From Chloroflexota bacterium (GTDB lineage Bacteria; Chloroflexota; Dehalococcoidia; Lucifugimonadales; UBA3495), in NCBI GenBank assembly GCA_027623675.1, contig JAQBVF010000002.1, positions 103,195-167,194 of the forward strand: 64,000 nucleotides of DNA, written 5' to 3'. Each line of letters begins with the position of its first letter. Within the stretch, counting starts at the first letter, position 1. The notes beneath the pieces were generated by a model. The model was given only the letters and a program-made list of their open reading frames with translations, did no database searches and was not told where the DNA came from. Both the position numbers and the translations under genes were made by a program. Shown piece after piece: positions 18,530-27,790 of the stretch.

Positions 18530-18920
18530 CAACCCTTGCTGGCGATTAACCCGGGGGAGTCGTCCTCGACTCCGAAGTCTTTGATCACGTTTTGTCACGT
18601 TGGTGTGGTCCTTATAGATCTGCCACTTGTCGTGCAGGTCGGCGGTTGCCTATGGGCAGTATATGCTTGATGCCCTTCACCTGCCCTTGGTGGTTCTTGT
18701 GGTGGTTCTTGGCGATCAGGGTCAACGCCTCCTTGGTCTTGGCCCGCGATTCTCCCACCGGGACCACGTTGTTCAGCAAGCCGCCCTGGAGAACCCCTTG
18801 GCCTTGGGCCAGCCCGTCCCTCAAGCCGATAACCGGCTTGGGTGACGTCGAGCTATCATACATCCATTGGGAGTGCTGGACGTCCCGCTCCTCCTCGGGG
18901 CGGTCACGGGCGTCACGGCG
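18530..18920 (-). pseudogene. Decayed, internally deleted duplicate of the enoyl-CoA hydratase at 20470-21240
   Basis: Translated remnants 'EEERDV.HSQWMYD..SPKPVIG' and 'GLLN.VVP.GE.RAKT.E..TLIAKNH.QG.VKGIK' match the intact gene. Shows frameshifts, deletions and a 12-bp duplication. Confidence 0.88.
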
Positions 18921-19213
18921 ACAAAGCCAGATCATCTACCCGCGCTCATCCGGCGTATAGTTTTAGGTGCTGGCCCTTAGCGGGTTTGTAGTACACCCTC
19001 AAGAATCGCACCATATCTTCCGGTAGGCTGTCTCTAGGATGTCTCCCTAGATCGTTCCACCAGAGATTCAGGGGGGCGTTAACTTAGACGTTCCTTGAGA
19101 AGTTCCCAGGTGCGGTCCGAACATGGACCACAACTGGAACCGCCTGATCCGGGGCTCCAGGCCAGCGGCATCGCCGCCGGTCGCCCTCGAGATCGGCTTC
19201 ATCCGGGGGGTGA

Positions 19214-20422
19214 GTGGTGCGGAAATCTTCGGCAATCGCGTTGGTTATCGCGGGTATCTTTTTCTCTGTCTTTGCCGTCCTTGGAGCGGCCCCGTCCACG
19301 GTGTCCATATCTCCACCGGGCGCGGCGCCAAGTTTGACGGTAACCCCATCCAGCGGCCCCAGGGGAACTCAGGTCACCATCGACGGCGAAAACTTCACCA
19401 ACAGCGGCAATATAGCCGCCAATGGAATCACGCTGGACGGCATCCCAATGGTCCACCCACAGATCGCCGCGACCGGCGGTGGTGAATTGAGCGCCAGCTT
19501 CAGGGTGCCGGCAACCACCGGATTGGGCGCCAAGCCAGTATCGGTTATCGATTCTGGTTCTCTGGCCGGCGCGGCCACATTCACAGTTACCCAGCCAACA
19601 ATAGCGATCAGTCCCGCCACGGCGGTCATGGGCCAAGTTATCACTGTCACCGGGACCGGTTGGGTGCCGCTAACGTCCGCGGCCCTGACGTTAACTTCCG
19701 GTGGCGTGGTGGTGGGGATCCACTCCGCGGACGCCGATGCCAACGGGGGCTTTGTTGCCAAGATAGCGTTGCCCAACACGGTAGGCGTGGGACCCAAAGA
19801 GGTTTCGTTCACCGCCGCGGATGCCGGTTCGTTGGGTAACACCGCCTCCGGGCAGACCCTGACGGTTACCGCTCCCACTATGACATTGTCGGCGGCCGAG
19901 GCAACGGTGGGGTCCGAAGTTACGGTCACTGCCGCCGGCTTCATGCCCTACACCGCCCTAACGGCATTCTCCATCGGCGCCGCGGATGTCAGGCGGGGCG
20001 TGGCGATAACCGATTCCACGGGTAGCTTATCCGTCACGTCAATGGTGCCCGGATTCTCGGGAGCGCAATCGGTCTCTATCACCGTTGGGGGGGTTACATC
20101 CTCCAAATCAATAAAGGTGAAACCAGCGTCTACGCCTGAGCCCGAGCCAGCGGCGGCAACACCGGCCGAGCCTCTGCCACCCGCGCCCCTGGATGAAGTG
20201 TTCGCCAACCTCATCGCCAACGATGGCAACTTGGTCCGGATATTCCGGTTCGACAACTCCACTCAGACTTGGGCGTTCTTCGACCCGCGGCCCGCGTTCG
20301 TCAGCACCAACGACCTGACCGCCGCTGGGTCCGGCGACATCGTGTGGGTCAAGGTGAACACCCAGCAGGAGTTCCGGGGAAGGATTCTGCTCCCTGGCTG
20401 GAGCTTGTTCTCGCTGGAGTGA
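19214..20422 (+). CDS. Secreted/surface protein with Ig-like (IPT/TIG-like) repeats, a Pro-rich linker and a compact C-terminal domain
   Basis: Signal peptide, Thr/Val/Gly-rich beta repeats ('TVTPSSGPRGTQVTIDGENF', 'G.VITVTGTGW', 'GSEVTVTAAGF'), PEPEP linker, and C-terminal 'LVRIFRFDN.TQTWAFFDPRP...GWSL'. Confidence 0.75.
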   Translation: MVRKSSAIALVIAGIFFSVFAVLGAAPSTVSISPPGAAPSLTVTPSSGPRGTQVTIDGENFTNSGNIAANGITLDGIPMVHPQIAATGGGELSASFRVPATTGLGAKPVSVIDSGSLAGAATFTVTQPTIAISPATAVMGQVITVTGTGWVPLTSAALTLTSGGVVVGIHSADADANGGFVAKIALPNTVGVGPKEVSFTAADAGSLGNTASGQTLTVTAPTMTLSAAEATVGSEVTVTAAGFMPYTALTAFSIGAADVRRGVAITDSTGSLSVTSMVPGFSGAQSVSITVGGVTSSKSIKVKPASTPEPEPAAATPAEPLPPAPLDEVFANLIANDGNLVRIFRFDNSTQTWAFFDPRPAFVSTNDLTAAGSGDIVWVKVNTQQEFRGRILLPGWSLFSLE

Positions 20423-20469
20423 CGCTTCGAAGGCCACCGGGTTTCGGCGGAATGAACGGTCCGCCCGGT

Positions 20470-21240
20470 TTAGGCGCGGCCCTTTCTGGCGAGGAACTCG
20501 GGGAAGGCGTCTTCGACCCCGAACCCTTTCTGCACGGCGGTGAAATCCTTCTCGTTCTCCCACATGCCCCGCAGGTCGGCGGTCATGTCTTGCAGCAAGA
20601 GTTGCTTGATGCCCTTCACCGACCCCTGGTGGTTCTTGGCGATCAGCGTTGCCATCTCCATCGTCTTGGCCCGCAGTTCTCCCGCCGGGACCAGGTGATT
20701 CAGCAGGCCAACCTGAAGAGCTTCCTCGGCTTCCACCACTCTGGCGGTGAACAGGAACTCCTTGGCCTTGGGCCAGCCCACCTGGTTGGGGAGGGTCCAG
20801 GTGCAGTTGATGCGGCCATAGGCCACGGCCAGGAAGCGGAACTTGGTGTTTTCGCAGCCGACCCGGATGTCGAGACAGGACGCCAGCACCGCGCCGCCGC
20901 CGTAGGCCAGCCCGTTCATCATGCCGATGACCGGCTTGGGCGACGCAGAGATGTCGTACATCCATTGGGAGTGTTCCGCGGAACGGACGTCCCGCTCCTC
21001 CTCGGTGCGTTCACGGGCGTCGACCCGCTGCTCGTGGATGTCGCCGCCGGCGGAGAACGCCTTGTTGCCGGTCCCGGTGATCACGATGCAGCCGATGTTG
21101 TCGTCTTCGTTGGCCGCCTTCACGGCATCATGAAGCTCCGAATCCAGCTGGTGGTTCATGGCGTTCAGGACCTCAGGGCGGTTCATCGTAATGACCGCCA
21201 CGCCCTCTTCGTTCTCGACCAAGATATGTTCGTAAGTCAT
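20470..21240 (-). CDS. Enoyl-CoA hydratase/isomerase family protein
   Basis: 'ITMNRPEVLNAM', 'AFSAGGDI', 'KPVIGMMNGLAYGGG'. Confidence 0.92.
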   Translation of the reverse strand: MTYEHILVENEEGVAVITMNRPEVLNAMNHQLDSELHDAVKAANEDDNIGCIVITGTGNKAFSAGGDIHEQRVDARERTEEERDVRSAEHSQWMYDISASPKPVIGMMNGLAYGGGAVLASCLDIRVGCENTKFRFLAVAYGRINCTWTLPNQVGWPKAKEFLFTARVVEAEEALQVGLLNHLVPAGELRAKTMEMATLIAKNHQGSVKGIKQLLLQDMTADLRGMWENEKDFTAVQKGFGVEDAFPEFLARKGRA

Positions 21241-21641
21241 TTTTCCTCCATCTTATTTTCGGTTAATGTTCCCGGTCCTCGGTCGCGTAACCCATCCGTG
21301 AGACTTCGGGAAACTTGATTTCACGATCGGTAAATGTATTGCCTAAAGGGTATCAGCCGACCTAGTTTTCCGATACAAACGGCTGCACCAGTATGTCACC
21401 CTGCGTCCATCCGCCGTACGAGGAAAGGTCTGCCGGTCTGACGATCGTCCGAAACGGGGCCAGGATTCGCTGGAATATCGCAGGAATACCGAATCGCTCC
21501 CGATTTTACGGTGGGCGTGACAGACAGTCAATTTGGCCGGATGCCGATCCGGCATATGATAAACTTCCAGCGTCGCTCAGGCGTGACTTGAGATTCAATT
21601 GATGGCCAAACTTGATTTGGTGAGATCTGGAGGTATTTGGA

Positions 21642-23333
21642 TTGGTTAAGATGAATGCGGGCGTGGCTGTGATCGAGATGCTGCGGCAGGAAGGGGTATC
21701 TCACATATTCGGAATCGTTGGGTCGTCATTCCTGGACATCCTCGACCCCCTGTACGACCGGGACGACATCCGGTTCATTGGGGTACGCCACGAACAGGGA
21801 GCGGCCCTGATGGCCGACGGCTACAGCCGCATCTCCGGCGCGCCCAGCGTTTGCCTGGTGACCAACGGCCCCGGAGTCTTGAACCTGACCTACGGTATCG
21901 GTTCCGCCTACGTGGCCCACTCGCCGGTGGTCGTGCTGGCCCCATCCGCTTCCCGTAGCCACCAGAACCGGGACTCCACCCAGGAGTTCGACCAGGTGGC
22001 CCTCTTCAAGCCAATCACCAAAGCGGCCTTCGCCATCAACAAGATCGAGGTCCTGCCGGAGGCCCTGCGTCACGCGTTCCGGGTTGCCACATCAGGCAAG
22101 ATGGGTCCGGTGATGATCGACATCCCCCGGGACCTGCTGCCCGGCGCTGAGATTGACCTCGATCTCCTGAGCCCGGACGCCTACCGCCCGGGGCAGACCC
22201 GCTCCAGAGGCGACCAGGGGCTGATTGACAAGGGCGCCGCGGTGCTGGCCGCCGCCCAACGTCCGGTCATCTTGGCCGGCGGCGGAGTGCAATGGAGCGG
22301 CGCCGCCGACGAGGTCTGCCGCATGGCGGAACTGACCGGGGCGGCCATCGTGACCTCCTACGGCCGGGCGGATGCCGTGCCCAACGACCACCCCAATTAT
22401 CTGGGTCACCTAGGCCGGTTGGGGTCCGCCGAGGGTATCGAGGCGATGCGGAATGCCGACACCATCCTGGCCGTGGGCACCCGCCTCAGCCAGTCGACCA
22501 CCTTCTACGACAACCGGTTCATCCCCGCCGACGCCAAGATCGTCCAGATAGAGATCGACCCTCAAGAGATCGGCCGCAATTACCCCGTGGCGGTGGGCAT
22601 CGAAGGCGACGCCAAGGCGGTGATGGAGGGTCTGCTGGAGAAGGTCCGGGAGCGGGAGCCGCGTCCCAACGAGATGTGGGTCTCGGAGATCGCCGATTGG
22701 AACTCGCGCCGGGCGAACCGCCTGCAGGATGAGGAGAAACTATCCAGCTTACCCATCAAGCCCCAACGGGTCTACGCCGAACTCCGCAAGGTCATGCCCA
22801 GGGACGCCATCGTGGCCCTGGACGCCGGGTTGGCCCCCAACTACGGGCAGGACCGGCTAAATTACTACGAGCCCAAAAGCCTGATTACCTCGCTGGACCT
22901 GGGCGGTCTGGGGTTCAGCTTCCCGGCGGCCATCGGCGCGAAATTCGCCGCCCCCGACCGGCCGGTGATCAACTTCAACGGCGACGGCGGATTCCTGTTC
23001 AACGCCCAGGAGTTCTCGACGGCGGTCCATTACAACCTGCCGCTGGTCACCGTGATAATGAACAATGGCATCTGGGGTTCGGAGAAAGCCTACCAGCGCT
23101 ATGCATTCGACGAGCGTTACGTTGGCGCGGACACCACCAACCCCCGCTTCGACAAATATGCCGAGATCTTCGGCGGCGTGGGGTTCTACGTGGAGCGGCC
23201 TGAGGATATCGGAAACGCCCTGACCGAGGCCTTGAACTGCGGCAAACCCAGCATCATCGAGATACCAACCGACCCCGACGAGATGCCTCGCCCGGCCCGT
23301 TTGAACGAGGTGCAGGCTCCTCCTGGAGCATAG
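21642..23333 (+). CDS. ThDP-dependent enzyme, sulfoacetaldehyde acetyltransferase (Xsc)/acetolactate synthase-like
   Basis: 'FGIVGSSFLD', 'RHEQGAALMADGYSR', 'NGPG', and ThDP motif 'GDGG...NN..WGSEK'. Confidence 0.85.
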   Translation: MVKMNAGVAVIEMLRQEGVSHIFGIVGSSFLDILDPLYDRDDIRFIGVRHEQGAALMADGYSRISGAPSVCLVTNGPGVLNLTYGIGSAYVAHSPVVVLAPSASRSHQNRDSTQEFDQVALFKPITKAAFAINKIEVLPEALRHAFRVATSGKMGPVMIDIPRDLLPGAEIDLDLLSPDAYRPGQTRSRGDQGLIDKGAAVLAAAQRPVILAGGGVQWSGAADEVCRMAELTGAAIVTSYGRADAVPNDHPNYLGHLGRLGSAEGIEAMRNADTILAVGTRLSQSTTFYDNRFIPADAKIVQIEIDPQEIGRNYPVAVGIEGDAKAVMEGLLEKVREREPRPNEMWVSEIADWNSRRANRLQDEEKLSSLPIKPQRVYAELRKVMPRDAIVALDAGLAPNYGQDRLNYYEPKSLITSLDLGGLGFSFPAAIGAKFAAPDRPVINFNGDGGFLFNAQEFSTAVHYNLPLVTVIMNNGIWGSEKAYQRYAFDERYVGADTTNPRFDKYAEIFGGVGFYVERPEDIGNALTEALNCGKPSIIEIPTDPDEMPRPARLNEVQAPPGA

Positions 23334-23378
23334 ATAACACCAGGCGGCCAGGCCGCTTTCCCAGCCGTCTTAACGATA

Positions 23379-23741
23379 ATGGATGAAACAGTTATGCAAA
23401 ACGTAGTCATGCCCGATTCCATAAACCTGGAAGACGACGCGGTGGTGATCCTCTGGGAGGATGCCCATCGGAGTCCCTTCCCCCACCGCTACCTGCGGCT
23501 GCACTGTCCCTGCGCCAATTGCATCGACGAGATGACCGGCAAGGTCACCCTCGACCCCGACTCGGTGCCCCAAGACGTGAAGGCGGTTGACCAGATGCCC
23601 GTCGGCAAGTACGGAGTGCAGTTCCTTTGGAGCGACACCCATTACACCGGCATCTACACCTTCAACGTGCTGCGGGCGGCCTGCCCCTGCATCATCTGCG
23701 GAGAGGCCAGGGCCAGCAAGGCAGAGTCCGGGACCAGTTAG
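23379..23741 (+). CDS. DUF971 (GBBH-like N-terminal zinc-binding domain) protein
   Basis: 'W.D.H.S....LRLHCPCANC', 'VGKYGVQFLWSD.HYTGIY'. Confidence 0.85.
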   Translation: MDETVMQNVVMPDSINLEDDAVVILWEDAHRSPFPHRYLRLHCPCANCIDEMTGKVTLDPDSVPQDVKAVDQMPVGKYGVQFLWSDTHYTGIYTFNVLRAACPCIICGEARASKAESGTS

Positions 23742-23965
23742 GGGTCCGAAGCCGGGTTTCTATCGTGGGAGCGCATCGGCTTCTCGAGGGAAGCCTTGAA
23801 CTTGGGCGAGGTGAAAGTGTTGGACTTGAAGGCGAAGTTGGAGAGCTGACGCTCGCCTGGTTTGCCGCAGGTGGCGCAGTTGGCCGGCTCATCCGACTGT
23901 GAAACCGAGCGCATCACTTCAAAGTCCAAGCCGCAACCGGCGCAGTAATACTCGTAGATGGGCAT
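23738..23965 (-). CDS. FmdB-family zinc-ribbon protein
   Basis: 'MPIYEYYCAGCG..FE...CATCG'. Confidence 0.9.
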   Translation of the reverse strand: MPIYEYYCAGCGLDFEVMRSVSQSDEPANCATCGKPGERQLSNFAFKSNTFTSPKFKASLEKPMRSHDRNPASDP

Positions 23966-24141
23966 GAGAACCTCCTGAAACTAGGTATATTTTAGCTTCA
24001 TTGCCGAAAGGTTGCCACGGGAACACGAGCAAGAGCCTCTGCCCCCGTTCAGGGGGTTCCTCACTGGGAAGATTGGCTCGTGGCAAACCCTCCCCCATTA
24101 CCGGGGAAGGGAACTAACTAACCCAACAAAGGGGAGACATC

Positions 24142-25266
24142 ATGGCAGAAACGACGGATGTTGCGATCATCGGCGGAGGCGCGGCCGGTTGTGCCGTCGC
24201 CTACTACCTGGCCCAATCCGGTATCAAGTCCACCATCATCGAACGGGAGGGCTTGGGCAACCAGGCTTCCGGATACGCCGCCGGCGGGTTGAACCCACTC
24301 ACCGGGGTCGGAATACCCGGCCCGCTGGGCACCTTTGCCTGGGAGTGTTTCCAACTCCACATGGACCTTTACCCGAGCCTGAAAGACCAGTCGGGCATCG
24401 ACTACCAGACCAGGAAGGTTGGCAAGTTCGACCTGGCCTTGGAAGAGTCCGAGGTCGCGGGACTGCGTGAGACCGTGGAACTGTTTCAGGGCATCCCGGG
24501 ATTCGAGGGCCGCTGGCTGGAACCGGCGGAGATCGCCGAACTGGAGCCACGCGTCAGTCCGAACGTCCTGGGAGGCATGTACGACTTCGGGAACGCCGCT
24601 GTCGACAGCCACGGCTTCACCAATGCCATGGCCGCCGCCGCGGAGAAGATGGGCGCCAGTATCAGGGTGGGAAACGTCCGGACTCTGGAGAGCAAAGGCG
24701 GCAAGGTTGACCGGGTGGTCCTCGCCGACGGCGAGATATCCTGCGGTCAGGTTGTGATGGCCATGGGGCCTTGGTCGCGGCGGGCCGAGTCGTGGCTGGG
24801 CGTGTATATCCCGGTGGACCCACTCAAGGGCGAGATAATTCGCCTGGAGAAAAACGGTGAGCCGTTCAAGCATGACATCGCCGGCGGCGGCGGCACCATC
24901 TACCCCAAGCTGGACGGCCTGAACTGGTGCGGCACCACCGAGGACTGGAAGGGGTTCGACCGGGAACCGTCCGAGCAGGTGGCCCGTGAGATCAGAGAGC
25001 TGGTTGTCCGGCTGGTCCCCGACCTGGCCGACGCCAAGATCGCCAAGCACACCGCCTGCCTGCGTCCGGTGACGCCCGATTGGCTGCCGGTGCTCGGCCG
25101 CGCGCCGGGCTGGGACAACGTCTATCTGGCCACCGGCGCGGGGAAGAAGGGAATCTTGCTGGCGCCCGGAATCGGCCGTTCCGTGGCCGACCTGATAACC
25201 ACCGGCGAAACCGCCCTTGCCATACAGGGTTATTCTCCCGAGCGCTTCGCCACCGAACTGGACTAG
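24142..25266 (+). CDS. FAD-dependent oxidoreductase, glycine oxidase/DAO family
   Basis: GGGAAG, 'ASGYAAGGL', 'PLKGE', 'CLRPVTPDWLPVLG', 'GILLAP'. Confidence 0.88.
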   Translation: MAETTDVAIIGGGAAGCAVAYYLAQSGIKSTIIEREGLGNQASGYAAGGLNPLTGVGIPGPLGTFAWECFQLHMDLYPSLKDQSGIDYQTRKVGKFDLALEESEVAGLRETVELFQGIPGFEGRWLEPAEIAELEPRVSPNVLGGMYDFGNAAVDSHGFTNAMAAAAEKMGASIRVGNVRTLESKGGKVDRVVLADGEISCGQVVMAMGPWSRRAESWLGVYIPVDPLKGEIIRLEKNGEPFKHDIAGGGGTIYPKLDGLNWCGTTEDWKGFDREPSEQVAREIRELVVRLVPDLADAKIAKHTACLRPVTPDWLPVLGRAPGWDNVYLATGAGKKGILLAPGIGRSVADLITTGETALAIQGYSPERFATELD

Positions 25267-25275
25267 GATCAACCG

Positions 25276-25656
25276 ATGACTAATAAGATACGCATCACCG
25301 CCGGCAGCGTGATGGTGGAGGCCGAACTGAACGACACGGACACCGCCGCCGCCATCTGGGACATCCTGCCGGTCCAAGCCAATTGCAACACCTGGGGCGA
25401 GGAGATATATTTCAAGATTCCGGTGGAAGCCGAACTGGAAGGCGGCCAGGAAGTGGTGGAACTAGGCGACCTGGGCTACTGGCCGCCGGGCACCGCCTTC
25501 TGCCTGTTCTTCGGTCTCACTCCCGCCAGCCAGGGCGACGAGATCAGGCCGGCCAGCGAAGTGACGGTCATCGGCAAGATGTTGGGCGGTCAGGAGACCA
25601 TGGATGCCCTAAAGAGCGTGCCGTCGGGCGGTCCCGTTGTGATTGACCCGGCGTAA
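25276..25656 (+). CDS. Cyclophilin-like fold protein (TM1367/DUF369-type)
   Basis: 'WGEEIYF', 'GDLGYWPPG.AFCLFFG.TP.S', 'PAS.V.VIG'. Confidence 0.8.
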   Translation: MTNKIRITAGSVMVEAELNDTDTAAAIWDILPVQANCNTWGEEIYFKIPVEAELEGGQEVVELGDLGYWPPGTAFCLFFGLTPASQGDEIRPASEVTVIGKMLGGQETMDALKSVPSGGPVVIDPA

Positions 25657-25677
25657 CCGGCCCGGTCGCCTGCCGGT

Positions 25678-26508
25678 TCAGCGTCCGAATCGGGCTGCCA
25701 ACTCGGTGTTGCCCGACACGAATACCCGCTTGTTGGCCAGGGCCTCATCCATGCTGCCGCGCCCGTAGACCAGCAGCAGGAATGTTTGAGTGTCGCAGCC
25801 AAAGACCGCGTCGGGACGTTTATCGCTGGCCGACTCCATCAAGGCCTTCTGCCCGCCGCCGGCGACAATGTCATAGCTGCCAGGCGCCGCGCCGGTCAGT
25901 TCAAAGCGGAACCTGCCGGATGAATCCAGCCTGGTCCCTGGGTCGAATAGCCGTCCCACCACGAAAACAGGGAGCATCTCCATGATGGCCGGGAGGCTTG
26001 CCGCGGACAGGGCCGCATCCGCTTCCAATCTCGAACGGAAATCCCATTCGTGGACGATCAGTTCGGTGAGGCGCAGGTCCAGATAGGTCCCCACGGAGAT
26101 GGTGCCGGCGGGGTGGTAGCAGGGTTTGTCATTGTCGGCGTCGGTCAACCCGGACAGCGATTCATCGAAATTCACCTGGCTCTGATTAAAGGTGGACAGT
26201 AGATCGCCGCCCAAGCTAACGCGGTAGTCTATGGTCAATCGGGCATTCGCCCGCAACCTGGCCTCCATGTCGCCCACTCCCGCCGGCGGCATGCCATCGG
26301 GAGCGGAGGAGTCTCCGCCTGCTCCCCGTATGATGTTGGGTACGTACCGCTCAACCGCCCCGGCAAGGTGGGCCACCACGTCCTGGACCTCCCAGGCGTC
26401 GCAGGCGCTGGGAGTTGACCAGGCGGCGGGCGGCAGCGTTTTCAGGTATCTTCCGATCCGCTCCGTTTCGTCTTTGACCAACCGCACCTTCTCAAGTACC
26501 GAACCCAT
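25678..26508 (-). CDS. Maleylpyruvate isomerase-like (MDMPI/DinB superfamily) protein with an SCP2-like C-terminus
   Basis: 'WSTPSACDAWEVQDVVAHL' and 'ELIVHEWDFR' (H...HxxD metal site). Confidence 0.8.
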   Translation of the reverse strand: MGSVLEKVRLVKDETERIGRYLKTLPPAAWSTPSACDAWEVQDVVAHLAGAVERYVPNIIRGAGGDSSAPDGMPPAGVGDMEARLRANARLTIDYRVSLGGDLLSTFNQSQVNFDESLSGLTDADNDKPCYHPAGTISVGTYLDLRLTELIVHEWDFRSRLEADAALSAASLPAIMEMLPVFVVGRLFDPGTRLDSSGRFRFELTGAAPGSYDIVAGGGQKALMESASDKRPDAVFGCDTQTFLLLVYGRGSMDEALANKRVFVSGNTELAARFGR

Positions 26509-26552
26509 CTCGTCATCTCCCGAGCCACGCCTGGCATACCACTACAATCAAT

Positions 26553-26592
26553 TTTCCGTCAGCTTTCCGTCAGCTTTCCGTCAGCTTTCCGT
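26553..26592. repeat. Perfect 11-bp tandem repeat (3.6 copies) in a divergent promoter region
   Basis: (TTTCCGTCAGC)x3 plus TTTCCGT. Confidence 0.9.
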
Positions 26593-26663
26593 TGGCGGTA
26601 TTATAGTGACCCGCCGGTATTACACAATCCCGGCGTTATCCGGACAACCCTAAGGAGTCGCAA

Positions 26664-27704
26664 GTGGCATTAGGTTGGGCAATAATCGGCGCCGGCATGC
26701 ACCCGCAACAGAAAGTGGCCCCGGCCATCGGACTGACCCCGGACGCTGAACTGATCGGTGTGTTGAGCCGGGACCAGAGTAGGGCCGACGCCTTCGCCGA
26801 AGCGCATGGGGCCAAGGCCGGCTACTCCAACATCGACAACATGCTGGCCGACTCGCGCATCGACGCGGTCTTTGTGGCATCACCCAACGCCTCGCACGTG
26901 GGCCACACGGCGCGGGTGGCCAGGGCGGGCAAGCACGTCCTTTCCGAGAAACCCATGGCGACCTCGGTGGCAGACGCTGTCACCATGGTCCGCGACTGCC
27001 AGGCCAACGGCGTGAAGCTGGGCCTGGGCTTCGAGCTGCGGTTTCACCCGGCGCACCGCATCGCCAGGGACCTGGTGTCTCAAGGCAGATTGGGTCGGGT
27101 CCGCCTGCTGCAGGGGCATTGGGGCCGAGGCGAAAGGGGCGAACCGGAGCATCTGCCCCGGTCCGGACTCCGCGGCTGGTGGGAGGACCCAGCGGCCATG
27201 GGCGGCGGCTCGGTGATCATGGGGCTGGGTGTCCACGTGTTCGACCTGGCCCGGTTCGTGATGGGCCAGGAGGTCACCGAGGTTATCGCCATGACCGACG
27301 GCCAGACCGACGCCCAACCGCTGGAACACATCGCCAGCATGGCCTTGCGGTTGGAGGACGGGACCATCGCCAATATCAGTTGCGGCCGCATGCTGCCCGA
27401 CACGCTGAACAACTTCACCGTCTACGGCACCGACGGGCGTTTCACCGGCACCGCCACCGTCTGGGAGGCGCGCATGGGCGACGCCGAGGTGGTCAGCGAA
27501 ACAGTCAACCGCAAGGAGAGCTGGGAGTACGACTACCTGGCCAACTTCGTGGATGAGCTGGCAGACTTCCACAACGCCATCAAAGAGGACCGGGAGCCGG
27601 CGGCCACCGGCATCGACGGCCTGAGGTCAACGGAGATCAACTCGGCAGTGATCGAGTCTGCCAGGACCGGCAGGGCGGTCAAGATCGAACGGCAGACTCC
27701 TTAG
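26664..27704 (+). CDS. Gfo/Idh/MocA-family oxidoreductase
   Basis: 'IIGAG', 'DAVFVASPN..H', 'GKHVLSEKPMA', 'RFHP'. Confidence 0.9.
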   Translation: MALGWAIIGAGMHPQQKVAPAIGLTPDAELIGVLSRDQSRADAFAEAHGAKAGYSNIDNMLADSRIDAVFVASPNASHVGHTARVARAGKHVLSEKPMATSVADAVTMVRDCQANGVKLGLGFELRFHPAHRIARDLVSQGRLGRVRLLQGHWGRGERGEPEHLPRSGLRGWWEDPAAMGGGSVIMGLGVHVFDLARFVMGQEVTEVIAMTDGQTDAQPLEHIASMALRLEDGTIANISCGRMLPDTLNNFTVYGTDGRFTGTATVWEARMGDAEVVSETVNRKESWEYDYLANFVDELADFHNAIKEDREPAATGIDGLRSTEINSAVIESARTGRAVKIERQTP

Positions 27705-27790
27705 GAGTCCACGGCGGTTGACGCCGTATCCGACCGTTGCTACGATTCCCACGCCCAGGGCACCGACATAAACCGAAAACTTGAGGGCTT

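Noticed and set aside
24142..25266. Assignment as thiO
   Set aside because: No thiS/thiG neighbours or TPP riboswitch, and the usual 'GH.RNG' motif reads 'GAGKKG'.
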